In this document: positions 13,431 through 27,400 of the stretch, piece by piece
How positions within the stretch are numbered: position 1 is the first letter of the stretch
Layout: the number at the start of each line of letters is the position of its first letter
NCBI GenBank assembly: GCA_039621445.1
Contig: CP154954.1
Span: 48,711,847 to 48,775,846 of the forward strand
DNA: 64,000 bases
Direction: 5' to 3'
Source of the DNA: Euglena gracilis
Lineage: Eukaryota
Notes under the pieces: generated by a model
Told to the model about the DNA's origin: nothing
Seen by the model: only the letters and a program-made list of their open reading frames with translations
Database searches by the model: none
Translations under genes and position numbers: made by a program

Positions 13431-14426
13431 AAACCCAAGAAAAAGTACTCTTAAGGAGAAATGTTCCTGAAAATCTCTGAACAAAAAAGTTTGATCCAAC
13501 GGGGGTGTTTCCCCCCCCCGCGACCCCCGTGTTTGGCAAAATGTTGCAAATATGAAGTTGTAATGAAATGCACAGCTAGTTATGCACCGTCCCAACATTG
13601 GTTTCCAAGCACCAAGTTGCTTTCTTTTTGGTTGGGGGTGTTGGGGTCGCGGGGGGGGGGGGTCGTGGGGGGGGGGGGGGGGGGGGGGGGGGGCGCGGCA
13701 AGTCATGCGTGACTTGTGTGATGTCATCCTGTCCTCTAATTTTAGATCCTAATTAGGAATTTGCGTGCCATTTGGGTCCTAAAATAGGTCCAATTAGGAA
13801 TTTGGACCAATTTTCGTACTTCTGATTCCTAATGCAGTGGCAAATTCCTAATTAATGCGAATTTTTGTACTTTTCGGAAGCCCGAAGCGGGTTCAGGGTG
13901 GGGTCGCGGGGGGGGGTCGCGGCATTCACAGGAAATTAAAACACAAATTTGAATAAAAACACAACCCTCTGAAACTGAAACAAACAGCGCTATGTTACAA
14001 AAAAATGCAACAGTTAAAAACGACCGTTCGTTGTCAAGACTGTTTGCTTAAGTTTCTTCAGCTTCTTCTTCACCTTCTTTCTCAACTCTCCTGAAGAAGG
14101 AATTTTGTGTCACACAAATATTGGCTGTGGGCTGTTGTTGGAAGGTGGGGGTGCACAGGGAATGCTGAGTTGAATTGTGATGCATGAAATGCGCAAGATG
14201 TTGCATGAATGATTTCACAGAAAATGCCCAGAAAGAAACGTTCATAGGGTTTGCTGGAATATTGTCTTTGAAAAAACGATTGTGATGACATGCCGCAGAC
14301 AAATGTTGCTAAATGATGTTGCAGATGCATTCAGACATTTTGACAACAAAAAAAATGTTTTTCGGCAGTTTGTGAACACTGCAGAAGAACGCAGGGGACA
14401 ACACAGGGATCATACCTCCAACTGTA

Positions 14427-14585
14427 CCATGCCCCCCCCCCATATAAGACCCCCCCATATAAGACCCCCCCTGGCCGGCCGAAGGCCGGCCCTTTGGCCG
14501 GGACCCCCCCATATAAGACCCCCCCCATATAAGACCCCCCTGGGATTTTGGCTCCCGAGGGGGTCTTATATGGGGGGGGGCATGG
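14427..14585. mobile_element. Tc1/mariner-type MITE (TA TSD)
   Basis: TA|CCATGCCCCCCCCCCATATAAGAC...GTCTTATATGGGGGGGGGCATGG|TA; second copy at 16645-16789, fragment at ~10335-10398. Confidence 0.85.
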
Positions 14586-15177
14586 TAAAGTGATCAGCAG
14601 AAACTGTACAAACCGGCTCAAAATGCATATCCATGATTTCTTCAAATTAAATCATCTCAAAGAGGAAAACAATGGTTCCATTTGACTGTGCCTAGATCTG
14701 AATTCAAAAAAGGTCGCAAAAAAAGTTGAAAATCATCCACAAACCTGACAAATTAAGATCACTTCTGGAATTGCAATTCCGAACAGGTTTGAGCAGGTTT
14801 TCCCAAATCACCTCCCCCAGTAAAATACCTCGACCAGACTAAAGCCGTCAGGATCAATGCCGCCCCCACAAGTGTGAGTCGTCGGGCAGGGGGGGGGGAT
14901 ATGCACCGTGCAGTTTTTGCAGTTTTTTTTGCAGTTTTGCGTTTTTGGTTTTTTGCAGTTTTTTTTTTGCAGTTTTTTGCAGTTTTTTCTTCCCTCAAAA
15001 AAGCACATGTGCATTTTTTTTGCAGTTTTTCGGTTTTTGAAAAAGTTGAAAACATATTTTTTGATGTGCTCCAAGGCTGGAGGATTTCAAAAAGAACGTC
15101 AATGCAATTCCATCACATGTTTTGTACAGCCACAAAATTCTTCGGGGCATTTTTTTTCTTTTGAACACAACGGGTTG

Positions 15178-15596
15178 CATAGCTGGCACTTCGTTTAAAA
15201 CGAAGTCAAAAAAAACACGTTTTTAAAAAAAAACATGTTTTTTTTAAAAAAAACAAAAAAAACGCCATTGAGGGTCCAGGGCAAAAAAAATTTTTGCCTT
15301 TGATTTTAGGTTTTTTTGCCCATCCTCGGTCAGAGAAAGACACCAAATTTGGGATGTTTCAAGTTAGTTTGGAATGGTTTCAAGCCAAAATGGCAGAAAA
15401 ATGCCCTATTTTGACCATTCTTGTTGAAGACAACCAAAAGTATTGGTTTTGAGCTAAGATTGGTTCACCCTTGCGATCAAAGGCAAAATTTGGACCATCA
15501 TTTTCCCCTTTGTTTTTTTTGCCGTTTTTTTTGCCCGTTTTTTTAATAAAAAAACAAAAAAAACGTTTTTTTAAATAAAAAAAAACGCCAGCTATG
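15178..15596. mobile_element. hAT-type MITE with CAT...ATG ends
   Basis: TIR CATAGCTGGC...GCCAGCTATG; perfect 8-bp TSD ACGGGTTG (15170-15177, 15597-15604). Confidence 0.9.
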
Positions 15597-16644
15597 ACGG
15601 GTTGGGAGAGAGCCCAAAAGGGCATCCACCGTTGTTCCACCTAGCGAATTTGTGGTTCGCAAAACAGCCTCAAATTCTTGTACGGTGGGGGGTTCAGGCA
15701 TCTGAGCATCCATCAGGTTCACAGCACGCTTCATGGCTGTGGAACACATCGAAAGGATATTGGCGGCTGAAATAAATACGAATGGTTTTTGTTTCATTTT
15801 CCGTTCACTGGTGCCCATAGGGGTAACTGTGAACGTTAAATGGTTGTTCCTATGGTCACCCGTGAACACCTTTGAGTGTTCATGGGTACCATTGCATACA
15901 ATAACTTAGTCACTGCCCCCGCCCCCCCCCCGGGGGGTGACTGGTTTTTTCAGAGTGACTGACTGGTTTTTGGCCCGGACCCCCTCCGGGGGGTCGGCAA
16001 AAAATCGTACCGGGGGGGGTCGGAAAACAAAAGTGACCCGGCGCCTAAGGGGGATCGGCACACCCCTCCCCCCCCCCTCCCCCCCTTTTCAGACCCCCTC
16101 GCCACGCCATGTCAGGCCCGCCAAAGAAAATTTTCTTGGCAAACCCCCTCTAGCCGGAAACCTCGCCACGGCGTGCCGACCCCCCTCCGGAATTTTTTTT
16201 GGCCTTTTTTTCATGTTTTGGGTCAAATTTCCTTTGGATTCCAGAGTGGCCGACCCCCCCCCCCGGGGGGGGGTAGTGACTGATGGCTTCCCGAAAAAAG
16301 TGACTGACTGGTTTTTTTGAAAAGTGGAGTGACTGGGGGGTCGGTAAAAACTTGTATGTACCCTTGGAGGTACCGGTGAACGCCCAAAAGTGCACCCATG
16401 AACGCTAAAAAAACACCAAAAAATAGCCCTGTAGGCATCTGGTCGGAAAAAATTGCCTACATTAGGGTAACCCGTGACTTTGTTAAACGGTTTTAAACTG
16501 GAAACGGGATTCAACCCCCGTTTTCGCACGGGGAATCATGTTTGAATCCCGTTTCCGCTTATAGAACGCGAGGCGTAAGCAATGAGGAGCACACCAACTG
16601 TCTGCCTCCATTTTTTCCCCTCACGGGACCCACCAGTAGCATTA

Positions 16645-16789
16645 CCATGCCCCCCCCATATAAACCCCCCCCTCGGGAGCCAAAATCCCAGGGGGGTCTT
16701 AAATGGGGGGGTTGGTCCCGGCCAAAGGGCCGGCCTTCGGCCGGCCAGGGGGGGGGGTCTTATATGGTCTTATATGGGGGGGGGCATGG
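16645..16789. mobile_element. Tc1/mariner-type MITE (same family as 14427-14585, inverted)
   Basis: TA|CCATGCCCC...GGGGCATGG|TA, with the same GGCCGGCCGAAGGCCGGCC core. Confidence 0.85.
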
Positions 16790-16965
16790 TATGTGTGATT
16801 GTACCAGGTTTTTTTTTGGGTGGCAGCTCTTTCTTCCCTTGTGCTGTGCCTGGCAATCTTGTGGTCCTCCTGGCGTCTCATGTGGATAATGGTTCTCTCT
16901 GGCTTAGAATTGGTTGTTCCGCACATCCACACACAATTCATTCATTGGGGGTGTACCCCCCGCCG

Positions 16966-16996
<31 letters not shown>

Positions 16997-19209
16997 CCCC
17001 CCCCACCCCCCCCCCCCCCGCGACCCACACATGGCGGGTTTCCGGATCCCAGTAGGAGCCAAAAATAGCACCTTAATTAGGAATTGGCACCCAAATTAGG
17101 GGTCAGAATTGCCAAAATGTGTTCTAAATTCCTAATTGGATCTATTTTTGGATCCAAAAGTTCTAAAAATAGGTCACACGTGACGTTGTATGTCAGGTCA
17201 CACTGGTCACACGTGACCCGTCAAAGCTGCCACGTTTCCCCCGCCCCCGCGACTCATACACCCCCATTCATTTTTGAAAATTAGGGGGGGGGATCAACAA
17301 TTAGGGGGGACTCAGGACAAAGCCGCTGACCGGCTTTGTCACCCCTGACTCCATCAAGGGGTTCACCGACTTAAACCGGCATTTGGGACGCCGGGCTCAG
17401 GACAGAACCGGCGTCTCCCCCCCCCCCTCACGGTTTTTCCAAACGCCGGTTCTGTTCAAAAAAGGTGGTTAGGGACACCGGTTCTGTCCAAACCCGACGT
17501 CCATTTTTTCATTCCTAAAAATGTCATAAAAAGTGCCCCAACATGGCCCTGAGGTCCCGAGATGACTGTTTTAACCATGTAGCACAATGAAATTTGCCAT
17601 TTGGGGACCACTGGGGTGGAAAACCAATTTTGGTGAAAATTGGCCCTGTTTTGGAAATAGAGTACTGTGTAGCGTGGAAAACCCTGATGACCACCGCTGG
17701 TCGTCTGTTGAAAACAGCTTTCGATCGAGGGGTAACTTGGGACCCTGACGTTGCACACAGCCCGTGTTCCAGAACGCCGGTTCGGGCTGCCGCCCGAACC
17801 GGCGTTCTGGAACACGGCTTCACGCCCGAACCGGCGTTCTGAACACAGTTGTTGAAATCGTGGATTAGGGGCTCTGGCTTCATGCCCGAACCGGCGTTCA
17901 AGGAATCACGACCAATTTCGGCCTAAATACCATGCCCCCCCCCCCGAGCTGTTCCCCCCCCCCCCCGCCCCCCCCACTGTCATAGCACTTTTTACAAAGA
18001 ACTTCCCAAAAAAGTGCTCAAAAATCGACGTTTTTGGGACGTTTTCAAAAATCACTTTTTGGCAAATGTGCTTAAAATTGACCATTTTTTGCGAACATCC
18101 AAAAAAGTTGCCAAAAATGGCCCCCTTTGGGTTGCCCGAGGGTCGGGTATGGGAACAGCTAGGGGGGGAGGGACCTAGGTCCCCCCCCCCCCGAGCTGTT
18201 CCCCCCCGTACTGTTCCCATTGGGCCGTAAAGGGTCCCGGGGACGGGAATAGCTCAGGGGGGGGGCACAGTACCCATTTTTTGAACCTTTGAGCATTTTT
18301 GACCTCCTTTGGGCGAAGGGCCATGTCGATCGGCCGATTGAAGTTTTCACGCGTCTGCTGCCATGTTGCCCATCAATCGAAAGCTCTTCTCAAGGGCTTT
18401 TGACAGGATGCAACAGGATTCAGCAATAATAATGCACACAGCGCTTGTTTTCAGCGATTGTGTGTTTCAAAATTTGACATTCTAATTTGTGAAATCCCAC
18501 ACCTCAGGTGCCATACAGCATATCAATCGAGAGCTCTCCCCATGAGCTTTCATTTGGTACCCTCAGAACTCAGCCACAGTGCACAGCGCCCTGAAAATCG
18601 CCGATCGCATGTTCCAGCCCTTTTCGCAAATTCCAAAATCCACTGTTCACCTGCCATGTTGCCCCTTGTTTGAAACCTCTTCTCAAGGGCTTTCAGCAGA
18701 TGGCCTTAGATTTCAGCCGTACTGCATGGTACTCTATTTCACAAAATCGCCAAATTGGGCCAAATGGAAATTGTTGCACAAAATACCCCAATTTCTGGCC
18801 AAATACCCCCCCAAAAACTGGTTAGATATGATTGCCACATGTCTAAAAACCATTTTGGACACTTTTTGGCACTTTTTATTTTGGGTCCCCTGGACGCCGT
18901 CTTCCCACCCGAACCGGCATTCTGGACACCGGTTCGGCGCAGAAAATTCTGCGCCGAACCGGCGTCCTGAACGCCGGTTCGGGCGTGAAGCCAGAGCCCC
19001 AATACACGGTTTCAAACAAGGGGGGGTGGACGCCGGTTCTGTCCTGAACCCGGCATTCCCGGACGCCAGTTCCGTCCTTCGGATGGAACCGGCGTCCGCC
19101 CCCCCTTTTTTGTAGGAAACCCTAAAAGCATTTTTGAGAGTGATCACGTTTTATTGACTGTGCAAATGTGGAATGAACACGTTTATCTGCCAAAAACTGT
19201 TTTTTGTTA

Positions 19210-19568
19210 CCCTCACCCCCCCCTAATTGCCCCCCCCCCCCTAATTGGCTAATTGGGGGGTCCTTAAGTGAGGTCCATTAGCCAATTAGGGGGGGGGTTA
19301 GCCCAATTGGCCAATGGACGTTCCCTTGGCCAACTTTAGGGCTCAGAAAACCTCCAAAAACGTCCGTTTTGAAAATGTTAAAAATTGCCGGATAAGAAAA
19401 AGTCATGACCAATCCAAAAAATGCACAAAAAATTGACCAATTTTGCCCACGTCAAAAATTATGGGGTCGGGGTCCTCGAGCCCCCCCCTAATTGTCCACC
19501 CCCCCCTAATTGGCTAATGGGGGGTCTGAAGGAGCCCGGCCATTAGCCAAATAGGGGGGGGGTGAGGG
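19210..19568. mobile_element. Tc1/mariner-type MITE (TA TSD)
   Basis: TA|CCCTCACCCCCCC...GGGGGGTGAGGG|TA; same terminal motif as 11297-11532 but a different interior. Confidence 0.8.
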
Positions 19569-19623
19569 TAGCTCTGGTTCTGGGCCACTTGCCGGGCCGG
19601 GCTGGCACCATCAGACAGGCAAT

Positions 19624-20312
19624 CAGGGTTGACGTTTTTTTTGTTTTTTTTTAAAAAAAACACAAAAAAACATGTTTTTTTTGAAAAGCAAAAATTGACC
19701 TTTTTCCTTGCGAAATCGCCATTTTTTGAGAAAATTTTTCCGGGGTGGTTCGGGTCACGGGGGGGGGGGGGTTCAGGGGGGAACACCACATTTTCGGTGG
19801 TTAAATTAGGAATCATTGAAAACGAATTTTTTGGGGAAAATCCCTTGTGGCGCCAAATTAGGAATCCCCAACTTAAAATTAGTATTTTGACACCAAATTA
19901 GGCATCACCAGTCCAAATTTTGCAAAATTTATGCCTCAAAATTATGAATCTACCTGAATATTTTGTCAGATTAGGCATCACCGGCCAAGTTATTTTTCAG
20001 AAAAAAATTGGCCGAAAAGGGTCTTAGGTCGGGTCGGGGGGGGGGTCACGGGGGGAATACTCCCTCTAAAGTTTTTTTTATGTGTGAAAGTATTTCCAAA
20101 TCTGTGTTTTCTGGTGCAAAAAATCATGCTTTCAACCCAAAAAAAAAGAAAAAAATGAATGCCGCAGAGATAAAAAATGAACTTTTTTCCAAAAAAAAAT
20201 TGCAAAAAATTTTTCCCCCAAACCCTCCATTACGTTTTTTTAAAAAAAACATATTTTTTTTAAAGAAAAAACATGTTTTTTTTGTTTCAAAAAAAACAAG
20301 CCGTCAACCTTG
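19624..20312. mobile_element. hAT-type MITE
   Basis: TIR CAGGGTTGACG...CGTCAACCTTG; perfect 8-bp TSD CAGGCAAT (19616-19623, 20313-20320). Confidence 0.9.
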
Positions 20313-21489
20313 CAGGCAATTGCACAAAATCTGGCCCCCCAAAACCCCAACTGGATTGCCAAGCAGAGGGGGGAGGGGAGCCTTGTCTAACCGGGGTGGT
20401 GCATGCGGCACTTCAGTCGTTGCATGGGCCAATTTTTTGGCAATTTTTTCGGAGAAATGTTAAAAATGTCACCTTGTTTGGACATTTTTCGGGTCCGGAA
20501 GGCAAATTTTCTGATACGAAAACTGTGTCCAGAACGCCGGTTCGGGCGTGAAGCCGTGTTCCAGAACGCCGGTTCGGGCCCCTGGGTTTTTCAGAATTAT
20601 GGTTAGGAAATTTTAGCTGGACCCCTTGGGTTTTTTCAGAATTACGATTTTGGACCCTTTTCGCAAATTCCAAAATCCACTGTTCACCTGCCATGTTGCC
20701 CCTTGATCGATAACCCTTCTCAAGGGGTTTAGATGGCCTTAGATTTCAGCCCTGCTGCATGGTATTCTATTTCAGAAAATCCCCAGATTTGGCCAAATGG
20801 AAATTGTTGCACAAAATACCCCAATTTCTGGCCAAATACCCCCCAAAAAGTGCCCAGATATGATTGCCTCGTGTCTACAAACCATTTTGGACATTTTTTG
20901 GCACTTTTCATTTTCGGTCCCCAGGACGCCGTTTTCCCGCCCGAACCGGCGTTCTGGACACCGGTTCGGCGCAGAAATTTCTGCGCCGAACCGGCGTCCA
21001 GAACGCCGGTTCGGGCGTGAAGCCAGAGCCCCAATACACGGTTTCAAGGAAATACATGTTTCTAACAATTCAATCTTGTTTTTCATTTTTGGTGGGTTCA
21101 AAAAATTTTGTGATCTCTTTGGCACCCGAAGGGGTCGAAGGGGGGGGGGGTAAGGGCCTTCGGCAAACGTGGTCTCCAACCCAAGTCAACCATGGGCGCC
21201 CCCCCCCCCCGGTTTTATGATCTGAAATGGGAAAATAAATACAAAAGATGCTCTTGCCCTCAAGTGCCATCGCGCATCAATCTTTGCAATTTCTCTTGAT
21301 TGTCCTTCCGGGGACAAATTCTACAGTGGGTTGTTAAATGTTTTCTTTCTGGGGTTGTGCAATTCTGCCCACCGGATGATTTTTCGCAGCAGAGGTTGGC
21401 AAATTTGCCACCGGTTCTTCTAAAAAAAATGCTTTTGCCGATTTGCCGATTGTCTTTCCTTCAGTCTTGGACTTGTCGATCCTTTTTGT

Positions 21490-24400
21490 ATGGGCTGCGT
21501 CTATTGTGTGGAGCAGTCAGAGGTTGCTATTGTTGAATCATGGGGAAAGTACGAAGCCACACATCTCCCTGGCATTCATTGTTTAGTTCCATGCAGAGAT
21601 CAAGTTGCCGGCAAATTGACTTTGAGGACACGAGAACTCCACATCAAAGTTGAAACTAAAACAGCTGACAATGTGTTTGTGACAGTGCTCATGCTCCTTT
21701 CTTCATCCCTTGTAGTTATTTTCCCATTTTATATCAGAGCTTGAAAGAACTTTTTGAGGATTTTGCCTTTCACTTTTTTTCCATGCAAAAATTTACCGAC
21801 ACTAACAGATTCTGCAGGGGCGCTGGGACATGCGAGCGAAGCGAGCGGCCCGGTGCCCCTGCTGTTAGTGTCGTTCTAAAAACCTATTTTGTGTGCCCGC
21901 ACGCCTGTCTTGAATTTCATTCTACCGAACCGCCTGGATGGAAATATTGCCAAATAAGTGGTTTCCTGAATGGAGATCCACCGACCTAAACAGATTCCGA
22001 TGTCTTGGAAATCGACCAACCTTTGTTTCATTTTTCTGAATGACATTTTGTTCCATTTTGGGCATTTTTGGCAACATCTACATTTCCCCAAATTCTCGAC
22101 CAATGAAACTGAAATTCCTGATTGTTAGATGATCAGGATCGTATCCGCCTGTTTCTGTTTCCACCAAAGAGTAGTAGCCTAGTAGGTCAATCTTTGTTCT
22201 TAATGGGATCCCCACCCCATTTTGCACAGCCAAAGGAAAAACCAGTGAAACCAGATTAGGGGAACCCCCTTTTCCATTTGTTTTATCGAAGCTTTGCATC
22301 GGTCACAAAGCTCAGTGGCCAGAACACAGGGTCAGTGACCTGAGGTTGTGGGTTCGAGCCCCACTGTGTGCATTTCCATTTTTGCACTAATGTGAAATGA
22401 TGTGCCTTGGGTTCAAAAACTGCATTCACAGTGGGGTTCACAATGGGCATTTTTTGAAGAAAAAAAACAAAACAATGTGCTCTTTTTAAAAAAAACATCA
22501 AAAAACAAAAGGGGAATTTCATTGAAAAAAAAACTCGTCCACACTACGAAACAGAGTCCTCGGGATCCTTTTTTCACCACAGCAGGTGCTTTTTGCATCT
22601 CAGCAACAAGAAACTCCAGGGATGAAGGGGCTTTCAGACTGGCCTCCCACACGAGGTTTTGCCGCTTGGCCACGAAGAACAATCTATAAAAAAAATGAAG
22701 AATCAAAATTTCGCTTTTCAACTTCACCTATTTCAACATTTACTGATTTTAGCAGGGGCACCGTTACAATGAAACGGGTTTAAAGACAGGAGCCCGTTTC
22801 TTTGAAACGATTTTCAGAGGGGCGCCTTTACTATAAAACGGTTTTCTGAGGGGCGCCGTTTTCTTGACAAAAACCACAAAAAAAAAACGGGAAAAAAGCG
22901 TCCGTACGGGTTACTAATCGTCGAACGTTGTTCAAGACAGGCGTGCGGGCCCTGCAAAATAGGTTTCAGAACAATCGACTGCACTAACAATTTTAGCAGG
23001 GGCGCCGGAGGCGCCAGGCCGCCCGGCGCCCCTGCTAAAACCGCTAGTGGCAGTTGATTTTTGTATAAAAACTTTTTTTCTGGGCTCGATGTCTGTCTTG
23101 AATTTCTGCTGATTTAAATGGAATTCAGGCTAAAATTGTTTAGGTCATTCCATTCAGGCGCCCGCTTAGGTCAGTCAATTTCCAAGCCGTAGAAATCTGT
23201 TGCTGGTCAGATTCGGAATTTTTAGTGAAATTTTGGACATTTTTGGAGTTTTACTTTTCTTCGAAATTTTGGGCACCATGGAGTTCAGGGAGCATTTTTA
23301 GCCTAGTCAGAGTGAATTTTTTCGGTCAGAGGGCAAAGATGACAGTTTTATTTTCTTGTCAATTCAAAGTTTTTTGTCCATTCTGACTTGCATGGCTGTC
23401 ATCGCCCACATAGCTGGATGGAGATGTGTGTTCGAACTGCACCATAGTTGGCAATTTGTTTTTTTTTGGATGCTGTTTTTTTTTCAAAATTCAACAATGT
23501 TTTTTAAAAAACAACAAAAAATACCCATGAGGTTTTGCACAGAAAAAATTTTGAAAGCATATTTTCACTCATTTTGGCAATTTTGGGTCATTTCTGCCAA
23601 AAAATCCTTCCACAAAAAAGTGAAAAAAGTCATAACACAACATTGTTTTGCATTTTTGGATGGTTTTGACCATTTTTTTGGCAGTGTTTGAATTTAGTGT
23701 CAGCGGCCCAAAAAAGGCTGAATGCCAAGATTTTCGAGGTGTTCGCTGTGAAGTGTGTAGTGTTTGGTGGCACTGGAAGTGTGTGGATCTCCGACATCCA
23801 TCCAGATTTGGGTGGATGTGCGAGGGCTGTCGCAACGCTATGCAGTAGTTCGGTTTCAGTTGTGCAGTCCTGGTCGTGATTGTGTCTGGGTTATTTTTGT
23901 CACGTTTCTGTACTTACCACGTTTTCAGCTCTTTTTGAGCTCTGGGACACTAGAACCAAACCTGCGTGTGCAATTCTGCATTCACATATTCGTCATCTGT
24001 TCCATCAGTTACCAGGCAGGTACAAGTACAAGTAAACGGGCGCCCCTCTGAAAACCGTTTTAAAGAAACGGGCGCCTGCCTGTCTTGAAAACCGTTTTAT
24101 TGAAACGGATGCCTGTCTTGAAAACCGTTTCATTGTAACGGCGCCCCTGCTAAGTTCCGTTAATGTCATTAAATTTTTAGGACAGGCGTCGGGCCCTGGA
24201 AATAGATTTTAATGGAGGCTGGGTGGTCAGGGGGGAGATGAATTTGAGGGGGGGTCTGGCCGGGGCGGCGCACGCGGCGCTTTTGCTACGGGCCAAATTT
24301 AGGACATTTTTTAAAAAAAATTGAAAAATAAAAAATTTCGGTAGTTTTTCAGACCGGGACAGCAGTTGTTTAATGAAATAATGTCGAAAAAATTCAGTCC

Positions 24401-27400
24401 AAGTTTTTTGGGGCATTTTGTGGGTCAGATTGTTTTGTGACCGCCTAGGCAGAGGGGGGGGGATGAGGGGGGGTCGGGTGGGGGGGGGGGGCGCCACAGC
24501 ATGCGTTGCGCCACGGCGCCAGGGGGGGGGATGGCGTCCGGCAAAATGGCGCCATCTATACAAACAAGCCATTCACCTCCAAATGTTGAGTCTCAAATCA
24601 TTTTCTGAACATCCACTTAGGCGGCCGGATTTGCACTCAAGTTTTTTTATGATTTGCGCACTTGCACTGCAGTATTCAAGCCGGTTCAGTCACCCCGTCG
24701 GCACCAGTTCCAAGTGTCGTAACAGCCGGTGTGTGCCTCTCACCTGTTTGATGTACGAGAGCACCAGTCTCACCCTCGGCCCTATTCACGTCACTCGGTA
24801 AGCAGCATGCACACCAAACCACCGGGAGTTAATGCCCTACAACACAGGGGTGTAACAGTTCATTAACTGTCTTCCGTGTGTCAGGGTACAGGGTCCCAGA
24901 AATTTCGTAAAATGGTCGAATTTGCGCAAATGAGCCCATTTCAAAGAAGAAACCCTTAAGTGCAAATCCGGCCGCCTAAGATCCAGCAAAAAATCAACCA
25001 ATGTAACCAATATGGTTTTTGCATTTTCAGAACGTCGCAGGGCAAAAAAACACCCCATTCAATCAAGTGACCACCCCAGAATGACATGAAAAATGAAAAA
25101 TTAAACACAATAGTGGGGAACACAGGGGGGAACACAAACGTGTTTTTTTTACATTTTTGGATTTTGGCAAAATTTGCTTTTTCTTGGCATTTTTGGGATT
25201 TTTTTTTTGAATATCTGAAAAATATCTGATCCAAAAAATTCCTCATTTTTTGTCCGATTTTCCGCCGACGCTTAAAATTTTGTCAAAAAATTTCCACTTT
25301 TGTAAATAATTGGCATTGCATTTTTTGTCAACAAAATGCTTATTTTTATGCAAAATGAGAAATTTTCCCCGGCGGAGCCGAAAATTCCTTTCCAATGTAC
25401 ATCCTGGGAGATCCTAAAGAATTTTGTATGCAATTTGCGGTTTTTTTTTGTGGGTTTTTTTGTTTTTTTTCTGTGGTTTTTTTTTTGTTTTTTTTGTGTT
25501 GTTTTGCGTCGTGTTTTTTTGGGGGGTTCCATGTGTTTCCCCCCTGGTAAACAGCGTGGAAAAGATTTCAAATGAACAATGTAAGAGTGGGATCGAATGT
25601 GTAGGCGCCACTGACCTCCCTTCAATGGTTGGGTTTTGGTGCGGGTGGGTGGTGTATCACACCGAGAGGCCCCGAAACAGTTTTGAGCGGAGAGAGTGAA
25701 GCAAAGGGCTTTAGAATGGAAAGAAAGAGTGCGACACCAACCGTCACCATCATGTTCATGCAGGGTTGCTTGCATTCCTTGAATCTGTTCTGTCATATCC
25801 CCCCCCCCCGATCTTGTCCCATACCTTGGCCCACAACAGTCCCGGTGTGGGACAAGATCGGGGACAACAAGGGGGTCAACAAATTTCCTTTTGTGGACCC
25901 TTCCTTAACCCAGGCCATTGGCCGGGCATGAGACAAGATTGGGGACAAGATCAAGATCGGGGGGGGGGGATGATAATGAGGAAGGACCCCAAGATAGTTC
26001 TGTCTCAAATTAGTCCCAGACCCTCCCCCATTGTTCCTGACCTGAACTCTCAACCAGTTGACCCCCCACCCCAAATGGCCCAAATTTCATTGATTTTTCA
26101 TCGAAAACCCCCCAAAAATTCAGTGCCTTTGGCGCTGGAACCCTGCCCCTCTCTGGGAAGTCAGCCGGTCCGAGTGACTAGCGAAGTCAACTGTGGGGGG
26201 GGGGGGGGTCCAGCAGCCCCAACCCTCCCCAGTTGACAAACAAAGTCAACCGAACCGGGGGCGGTCCGAAAATGAAGTCAACCCAACTATCTACCTCCAA
26301 GGATGGCTGGAGACAAAGACCTATCAGAGGCAACTGCGCTTCCATAAGCCTGCAGTTTTCTTTCAAGACCGTAGGCGTCCAAAAAATGCAATTGGAACGA
26401 AAATTGAGAGCAGCAATTCCAAATTTAAGGCCTGTTTTTTTTTTGAAAGAAAGCATTTTCTTCTTTTTCAAAAATATACGGAACATATTATCCCTGGGTA
26501 TAGTATTTTGTGCATTTTTTTGCAACGTTCATGTTTCCTTTTTTTGCAAGTTTTTTTTGCAACTATGCGCAAAACCAAAAGAAACAAATGAATTTTTACA
26601 TTTTTATATCTTTCAAATGTGAACTCCTGCGAAAGGAGACCAGGCAGAGGGGAGGGGTTGCAGCGCGCGCCGGGAGGTCCAGTGGGGCAGAACATGCGGT
26701 GCTTGCATTGTGGCGTGGGCCAAAATTTGGTCATTTTCTTCGGAAAAATGTTGATGTTTTGGCCATTCTTCGGGTCGGGATGGTGATTTTTCAAGGAAAC
26801 ATACAGGAAAAATAGTTTTAATTTTCGGGCTATTTTACGAGGGGTCAAAATTTTTTGAAACCCCCCAGCAAGGCTGGCAGTAAAAAGAATTTTTTTTTGA
26901 AAAAAGAACACAAAAAAATCCAACAAGGGTTGGAGGAATATTCTTTTGAATGGGAATTTTGGTAGGGTTTTCCCATCGGCCATCACATACACAGCGATTT
27001 CCAGGGGGATTTTGCCTGTGCCCAGGCTGGGCCGCCGGGCTGCCGGGACGTGCCTCCGGGTCGCCGCTGGGCAGGAGAAAAAGTCCCTTTTCAGAAAAGC
27101 CATCTTTTATGGCATTTTTTAAAATTCAAATCCCGACCCGGCTCGGCAGCTTGGGGTCGGCCTGACCTCCCAGCCTGGGCGCAGCTGGATCTGGTGGAGC
27201 ATGCTGTCCTGGCTGTTGGCCTGATGGCCCAGCCCGGCCTGACTTCCTTGCATTCCACCCTAAAAGGGGCTGCTGCCGGGGGGGGGGTTCCCATCCCTCC
27301 TAGTTTAGTCGTCCTCTGCCAAGGAGCTGCATATTTGAAGACCAAAAAAAATCTTCATTTTTGCTGGGCTTTTTGAAAAACTCAACATCCAGTATTGTTG

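Larger units (their letters stand above)
18618..21047. repeat. ~400-bp direct repeat pair (18618-19016 / 20655-21047) with CCGAACCGGCG subrepeats
   Basis: Near-collinear copies; the same family appears at ~17440-17900 and inverted at ~11105-11190. Confidence 0.75.
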
